Shown: piece by piece, positions 58,651 through 64,000 of the stretch
Layout of the letters: each line of letters opens with the position of its first letter
How positions within the stretch are numbered: the stretch's first letter is position 1
NCBI GenBank assembly: GCA_046290465.1
Contig: JBKAGP010000001.1
Location: 1,024,001-1,088,000 of the forward strand
Direction of reading: 5' to 3'
Length of the DNA: 64,000 bases
Source: Planctomycetota bacterium
Lineage (GTDB): Bacteria > Planctomycetota > UBA1135 > UBA2386
The notes under the pieces: model-generated
Seen by the model: only the letters and a program-made list of their open reading frames with translations
Told to the model about the DNA's origin: nothing
Databases searched by the model: none
Position numbers and translations under genes: made by a program

Positions 58651-59202
58651 TCACGATTCCGCAGGAAAATCGCGGTCGATCGCGCCTGCGCGCGCGCGCA
58701 GCTTCTGGATCGCGTGGTGCAGGCGCGACTTGACGGTGCCGAGCGGCACCTCGAGCGCCGCCGCGATCTCGTCGAGGCTCAGGTCCTCGGCGAACCGCAG
58801 CAGCACCACCTCACGGTGCAACGGCGACAGGCCGCCGAGCAGGGCTTCGAGGTCCTCGCCGGCTGCGACGGGAGGTCCGCCCGCCGCGACCTGCTCGGGT
58901 CGCGACAGCTCCGCGGGCGCCCGCTCGCGCCGCACCCGGCGATCGCGCGCCAGGTGCCTGGTGACCGGATACAGCAGCGTCGACAGGCGGTGCTCGAGCC
59001 GCAGCGTCGGCGCCTTCTGGATCAACCATGCAAAGGCCTCCTGCAGCACGTCGAGCGCGTCGTCGGGATCGCGCGACCCGAACCGCTGGGCGATCCGCAT
59101 CACGAACGGTCGGTAGCGCTGGTAGAGCCGTTCGAAGGCCGCCGCCTCACCGCGCACGAAGCGGTCGAGCAGGTCCTGGTCGCTGTCCGGGTCGGCCGCC
59201 AC
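58651..59202 (-). CDS. ECF RNA polymerase sigma factor
   Basis: AFERLYQRY, DALDVLQEAF, LS..HREVVLLRF, EIA..L.VPLGTVKSRLH. Confidence 0.93.
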   Translation of the reverse strand: MAADPDSDQDLLDRFVRGEAAAFERLYQRYRPFVMRIAQRFGSRDPDDALDVLQEAFAWLIQKAPTLRLEHRLSTLLYPVTRHLARDRRVRRERAPAELSRPEQVAAGGPPVAAGEDLEALLGGLSPLHREVVLLRFAEDLSLDEIAAALEVPLGTVKSRLHHAIQKLRARAGAIDRDFPAES

Positions 59203-59348
59203 GCTGTCGACCTCTATCCGATTCCGGTTGCGAGGTCGCGCGATCGGTCCGGCAATGCGCGGCGCAGCAGGGCCGGCCCTTGGTTCGATCCGATCGCGTG
59301 GCACCGCCTACGACAGCGCGATCGCGGCGTGGGGCCGCGGGTTGCGGA

Positions 59349-60137
59349 TCATCCGGCGTCGGGCAGCACGATCCGGTCGCTGGACGGTTCCAGCGTGCCT
59401 CGGCGCTGCAGGAAGCGCACCGCGAGCCAGACGAAGCACGCCCAGCCGGTGCCGGCGATCCAGCCGCCGAGCACGTCGCTCGGCCAGTGCACGCCGAGGT
59501 AGACGCGGCTGACGCCGACCGCGAGCGTCACGACGACCGCGGCCAGCAGCACGAAACCGCGCAGGGCGGCACCTCGCGCCATGCGCATGATGACGGCCCC
59601 GATGGTCAGGTAGGTGACGGCGGCGAGCATCGCGTGGCCGCTCGGGAAGCTGCTGGTGTAGACCAGCGATCCGTGGGGCACGAGGTCGGGGCGAGGGCGA
59701 TCGAACGAACGCTTCAACAGCAGCGAGACCGCGGTCGCGCCGACGATCGCGAGCATGACGAGCGCGGCGGTTCGACGGCGACCGCTCATTCCGAGCAGGC
59801 CGACCGTCAGCAGGGTCACACCGACGATCACGCCGACGCCGCCGAGCGCCGTCATGTCGCGCCCGAGCTCCTGCAACCACGGCGGCCCGATCGGGTCGTT
59901 CGCATCGACCCGGCTACGCAGAGCCAGCAGCACCGTGGTGTCGAACGACTCCACCGAGCCCGCACCGACGGCCCACCAAAGGCGCAGGAAGGCCCATGCC
60001 GACGCCAGCAGCAGGAACACGGCGACCAGCCCCTGGAACTCGAGCTTGGCGAACGCCGGGCGCCGGCGGTTCGCAGGCCGGCGGGATGTTCGCGAGCGGT
60101 CGAGATCGATCGCCGGCGATGCGCCGGGATCGCCCAC
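59349..60137 (-). CDS. PAP2-family phosphatase (start uncertain)
   Basis: K....RPRP, SFPSGH, SRVYLGVHWPSDV. Confidence 0.9.
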   Translation of the reverse strand: MGDPGASPAIDLDRSRTSRRPANRRRPAFAKLEFQGLVAVFLLLASAWAFLRLWWAVGAGSVESFDTTVLLALRSRVDANDPIGPPWLQELGRDMTALGGVGVIVGVTLLTVGLLGMSGRRRTAALVMLAIVGATAVSLLLKRSFDRPRPDLVPHGSLVYTSSFPSGHAMLAAVTYLTIGAVIMRMARGAALRGFVLLAAVVVTLAVGVSRVYLGVHWPSDVLGGWIAGTGWACFVWLAVRFLQRRGTLEPSSDRIVLPDAG

Positions 60138-60407
60138 TTCGCTCCGCTCCCGGTGCAGGACCCGCGAGGCACGAAACGGCGGCGGAGGAGGTGGACTGGT
60201 CAGCGGGTCGGTCACGGGCCACGCGAAGAGCAAGGCTCGTACCGATCGCTCGCATACCGGTGACCGGCGGCGCGACGCCGCCAGCCGCCGTCGAGCGGCA
60301 GAACCTGGCGACGGGCCGGTGCAAATCCGCGCATGCGAGCGCATGGCAGATTGCACGTACGCCACTTCGTCGGTGCGGCGGCCGCCTTGGCCGTGCCGCG
60401 GCGCCCT

Positions 60408-60442
60408 GCCGATCGGAGCGTGGCCGATCGGAGCGTGGCCGA
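60408..60442. repeat. Tandem 15-bp repeat (GCCGATCGGAGCGTG x2.3)
   Basis: Lies in the divergent intergenic region. Confidence 0.7.
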
Positions 60443-60507
60443 CGGCATCGATCTTGCGACGCCGGAGCAATCGCAGATTCCGCACGACCGCCGCCAGCCG
60501 CGCCCCC

Positions 60508-61542
60508 ATGACCCGCACCTCGCCACCCACGCTCCGCCTGCTCGCAGGCTGCCTGCCTCTGCTTCTCACCATCGCGAGCGCCGCTCCGGCCGCGATCGGC
60601 CAGCACCAGCGGTCGACCCTGCAGGCCCACGGCGGATCGCACCGGTCATCGCGGCCGCAGGACGAGCAGCAACCGACCGCGGGCAACGGCACGATCGCGC
60701 GCTTCCGGCGCGCGCACGGCGACTTCTTCGCCGGCTCGGGCGTGCGCGCGCCGATCCGCCTCGCGTACAACTATGTGCCCGACGCCTCCCTCGAGCAGGA
60801 GCAGGGGTCGTTCGACCTGATGGAGTGGGACTTCAAGGCGACGGTGCCGATCCCGATCTCGCGCGACTGGTTCGTGGTCGGCGGTGCCCTGGCGGGCCAG
60901 CGACGCTACCAGTTCGACGGCGTGGCCGGCCTGTTCGACGAGACCCTGCACCGCTACGACCTGCGGCTCGGCGTCGGCCACTTCGTCGACGACGACCTGA
61001 TGGTCCAGGCCTACTGGCAGCCGGGTATCTACTCGGACCTCGACGGCACCCTGCACGCCGAGGACTGGCGGCTGTGGTATGCCCGCGCGTTCGCCGTCTG
61101 GCGCACCGGTGAGGACCTGTTCCTCAAGGTCGGCGCGCTCGTCACCGACGCCATCGACACGACGGCCGTGCCGGCCGCCGGCTTCGCGTGGCAGATCGAC
61201 GACCGCTGGCGGCTCGACGTGCTGCTGCCCAAGGACGCCGAACTGTCCTACCAGGCGACCGACGGCTTGCGTCTGTTCGTCGGCCTCGACGTCGAGGCGG
61301 ACGAGTACCACATCCGCAATCCGGCGGCGTTCGGCAAGATGCGCCGCAGTGTCAACGTGCAGGAGGTCTACGCGTTCGCCGGCTTCGAGCAGATGCTCGA
61401 CGCACACTTCTCATTCTTCTTCCGCGGCGGCACGACCGTCACCGGCCGCTACGAATGGGGCTACGGCCCCGGCACCCCGAACTACGAGGGCGAGCTCGAG
61501 CCCGGCTGGTTCGGCAACTTCGGCTTCGGCTTCCGCTTCTGA
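60508..61542 (+). CDS. Outer-membrane beta-barrel protein
   Basis: Signal peptide, alternating aromatic strands, terminal GFGFRF. Confidence 0.82.
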   Translation: MTRTSPPTLRLLAGCLPLLLTIASAAPAAIGQHQRSTLQAHGGSHRSSRPQDEQQPTAGNGTIARFRRAHGDFFAGSGVRAPIRLAYNYVPDASLEQEQGSFDLMEWDFKATVPIPISRDWFVVGGALAGQRRYQFDGVAGLFDETLHRYDLRLGVGHFVDDDLMVQAYWQPGIYSDLDGTLHAEDWRLWYARAFAVWRTGEDLFLKVGALVTDAIDTTAVPAAGFAWQIDDRWRLDVLLPKDAELSYQATDGLRLFVGLDVEADEYHIRNPAAFGKMRRSVNVQEVYAFAGFEQMLDAHFSFFFRGGTTVTGRYEWGYGPGTPNYEGELEPGWFGNFGFGFRF

Positions 61543-61551
61543 TCGCCAACC

Positions 61552-62496
61552 ATGAACCGCACTGCGAACGCCCCCCACGCCGGCCGCGCCGACGCCGCGC
61601 ACCCCGCGCCAGCCGCGGCTGCTGCGGCGACCGAGCACTGTTCGGCGCTGCTCTCGATGCGACGCGACGGCGCGCGACGGCCCGACATCTTCGTTCGCTG
61701 GCGCGAACCCGCGCCCGGCGCACGGCCGGCGCGCCCCCCGGTCGTCGTCGTGCACGGCTTCGGCGAGCACTCGGGTCGCTACCTGCGCGTGCTGGACGCG
61801 ATCGCCGAAGCCGGCCACGCGGTCGTCGCCCTCGACCGACGCGGCTACGGCCGCTCCGCCGGCCGCCGCGGCTTCGTGCGCAGCTTTCACGACTACCTCG
61901 AAGACGTCGACCTGGCGCTGCAACACGCGGCGCGCCTGACCGGTGATGCGACCCGACCGATCCTGCTGGGACACAGCATGGGCGGACTGGTGGCGCTCGA
62001 CTACGCGCTCGCGCACGGCGAACGCCTGGGGGGCCTGGTCCTCAGCAGCCCGGCGCTGCGGTTCCGGGTCGAGGTGCCCGCCTGGAAGCACCTGATCGGG
62101 CTCGCCGCCTCGCGCCTCTGGCCGACGCTGTCGCTCCCGACCGGCAGGGACCCCAGCCTGCTGAGCCGGGATCCGCGCAACGAGCGGGAGATCCACGCCG
62201 ATCCGTGGATCGTCGCTCGCGCCACGGCCCGTTGGTACACCGAGAGCCGGCGAGCCCAACGCCGCGTGCTCGCTGCCGCAGGCACGCTGCAGGTGCCATC
62301 GCTGTTCCTGGTCGCCGGCGACGATCGGGTCGTCGACCCCGAAGCCACGCGCCGCTTCTACGCCGGCGTGCCGTCGTCGCAGCACAGCTGGCATCGGTTC
62401 GAAGACGGCCGCCACGAGCTGTTCCAGGAGCTGCCCGAACTGCGCGACGAGGTGCTGCGCACGATGCTGCAGTGGCTGGCCGCGCAGCGACCGTGA
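61552..62496 (+). CDS. Lysophospholipase-like alpha/beta hydrolase
   Basis: VHGFGEHSGRY, D.RG.G.S, GHSMGG, D.VV, RHEL. Confidence 0.92.
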   Translation: MNRTANAPHAGRADAAHPAPAAAAAATEHCSALLSMRRDGARRPDIFVRWREPAPGARPARPPVVVVHGFGEHSGRYLRVLDAIAEAGHAVVALDRRGYGRSAGRRGFVRSFHDYLEDVDLALQHAARLTGDATRPILLGHSMGGLVALDYALAHGERLGGLVLSSPALRFRVEVPAWKHLIGLAASRLWPTLSLPTGRDPSLLSRDPRNEREIHADPWIVARATARWYTESRRAQRRVLAAAGTLQVPSLFLVAGDDRVVDPEATRRFYAGVPSSQHSWHRFEDGRHELFQELPELRDEVLRTMLQWLAAQRP

Positions 62497-62633
62497 TCCC
62501 GGCGAACCGAAGCCGATGGCACGGACCTTGCGAAGCACCACGAGACAACGACGCGGAAGCGTAGACAGGGACAAGAGCACGCGCTTCCACGTTGGCCGTT
62601 CCCGCGTCCTGGACAGATGTCGATACGGCCCGG

Positions 62634-62681
62634 CGGGCGGGCAGGTCAGCGGGGGCTGACCTGCCCGCCCGTCTTCTTTCC
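62634..62681 (+). terminator. Perfect 17-bp hairpin with pyrimidine tail (intrinsic terminator-like)
   Basis: CGGGCGGGCAGGTCAGC-GGGG-GCTGACCTGCCCGCCCG followed by TCTTCTTTCC. Confidence 0.7.
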
Positions 62682-62697
62682 TGTTCCGACCACGACC

Positions 62698-62756
62698 ACC
62701 AACCCCAGCGCACCAACCCGGCGCACCAACCCGGCGCACCAACCCGGCGCACCAAC
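62698..62756 (+). repeat. Tandem 13-bp repeat ACCAACCCGGCGC abutting the start codon
   Basis: Three perfect units (62712-62750), plus a degenerate 5' unit and a partial 3' unit. Confidence 0.85.
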
Positions 62757-63203
62757 ATGGAACCCGCACCCCACTACCTCCCCGAGACGTCCGCGGGACT
62801 CGACGACCTCGTCGAGATCAGCCTCGACAGTTCCCGCGGCTTCGAGCAGGCCGCGGAGTCGATCGACGACCGCGCACTCGCCGCCCTGTTCCGCGAATGT
62901 GCAGAGGAGCGACGCGGCCACGCCGACGCGCTGCAGAGGCTGTTGCCCGGATACCACCCCACCGGGTCCTTCGAGGGCACGATGCACCGCTGGTGGCTGC
63001 AGCTGCGCGGCACGCTCACCGGCGGCGATGCGCAGGCCATCCTCGAGGAGGTCGACCGCGGTGAGCAGGAGATCCTGACGCGCTACGAAGAGGTGTTGCA
63101 GGACCACCCGGCCACCCCGTTCCACGCGCGCCTGCATCGCCTCTACCTCGAGGTGATGGAACGTCGCGACATCCTGCGCAGCCTGCGAACGGCGCGCTCG
63201 TAG
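62757..63203 (+). CDS. PA2169/DUF2383-like ferritin-like four-helix bundle
   Basis: L.DL.E...D...GF..AA, ER..HA..L, G.MHR.W..LR, IL.E..RGE. Confidence 0.85.
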   Translation: MEPAPHYLPETSAGLDDLVEISLDSSRGFEQAAESIDDRALAALFRECAEERRGHADALQRLLPGYHPTGSFEGTMHRWWLQLRGTLTGGDAQAILEEVDRGEQEILTRYEEVLQDHPATPFHARLHRLYLEVMERRDILRSLRTARS

Positions 63204-63438
63204 CGAGCCGCCTGCGGGCGCCGCGCGCGACCGACCCAGCGCCCGCCCCCACGCGCCGGGCCGCCACCGCGCGCCAACACCCCACACCCTCGACCGGGTC
63301 AGGCCCGGGGCAAAGTGCAGAATGCGCAATCGGCCGCGCCTTCTGGCGCGCCTGCGACGGCGGCGCCAGCCGATCCTGCCGCCAACCGCGCACAGCACGA
63401 AGAGCCCCGCCACGGCACGGAAGTTGGTTGCTCAGGGC

Positions 63439-64000
63439 ATGGCCTCGCCCTCGTCCGACACCCCGGTGGCAACCCCGCGCTGCGACCCGCAGCCGCGCGG
63501 TCGCTGGATCGGCTGGCTCGGACGCATCGGCTACCTGTCGAAGACGGTCGTGTTCACCGTGCTCGCGGCGCTCAACTTCGCCGCGCTCGCCGGCTGGGCC
63601 GGACCTGCCGACGACGCGGCCGACGCCCTCGAACGCGTCGCGCAGATGTGGGCAGGTCGCGCCCTGCTCGCGGTGCTCGCCGTCGGCCTGCTGCTGCACG
63701 GCCTGTGGCTGATGTCGGACGCGGTGCTCGATCCGACCGGCCGCGGCCGCAGCGCCGGCGCCCGCTTCCGCCGCGCGTGGATGAGCCTGTTCGGCGTCGT
63801 CTACCTGATGCTCGCCGAAGCGGCATGGAGCACCAGCACCGGCCAGACCAGTCGCTCGGCGCGCAGCGTCGAAGGCATGACCCAGTGGCTGGTCGGCGAA
63901 CAACCCGGCGCCGTCGCCATCGCGCTGCTGGCGGCGACCATCCTCGGCGTCGGCATCTACCGGGTCCAAAAGGGCCTGCGCGGCTCGTTCCTGAAGCACT
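63439..64000 (+). CDS. DUF1206-like membrane protein (3' end outside window)
   Basis: LGRIGY.SK.VVF, AL......GRALL..LAVGL...GLW, open to window end. Confidence 0.7.
   Translation, partial: MASPSSDTPVATPRCDPQPRGRWIGWLGRIGYLSKTVVFTVLAALNFAALAGWAGPADDAADALERVAQMWAGRALLAVLAVGLLLHGLWLMSDAVLDPTGRGRSAGARFRRAWMSLFGVVYLMLAEAAWSTSTGQTSRSARSVEGMTQWLVGEQPGAVAIALLAATILGVGIYRVQKGLRGSFLKH

Noticed and set aside
18614..64000. Prophage, integron or ICE
   Set aside because: No integrase, transposase, phage structural or conjugation genes recognised; the repeats lack attC GTTRRRY/RYYYAAC ends

Overview
GC-rich bacterial window, most likely Planctomycetota. This is an inference from an ECF sigma factor/Ser-Thr kinase-TPR pair and many signal-peptide proteins with a shared C-terminal domain. 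Bases 1-18.6 kb look like core genome: a membrane Ser/Thr kinase, a complete mreB-mreC-mreD-mrdA-rodA elongasome operon, lnt, moeA, a cheA-cheW-cheD-cheY-cheX-like cluster whose cheA carries one in-frame TAG, an agmatinase with a structured terminator-bearing leader, and tRNA(CAT). After the tRNA lies a ~45 kb accessory-like region. It holds gene relics, six secreted proteins with different passenger domains but a shared ~110-130 aa C-terminal domain (candidate sorting signal), and a tight operon of apparently cytoplasmic nuclease + subtilase + stand-alone propeptide-like protein behind a perfect 16-bp tandem repeat (candidate new protease-gated toxin/defence system). It also holds an ECF sigma/dockerin-like anti-sigma/cohesin-like/VIT-vWA operon and general-stress-type genes. 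An 86-bp multi-hairpin REP/MITE-like repeat occurs four times, and three copies begin exactly on a gene's CTAG amber stop. All family calls come from motif recognition by eye; no database searches were run.
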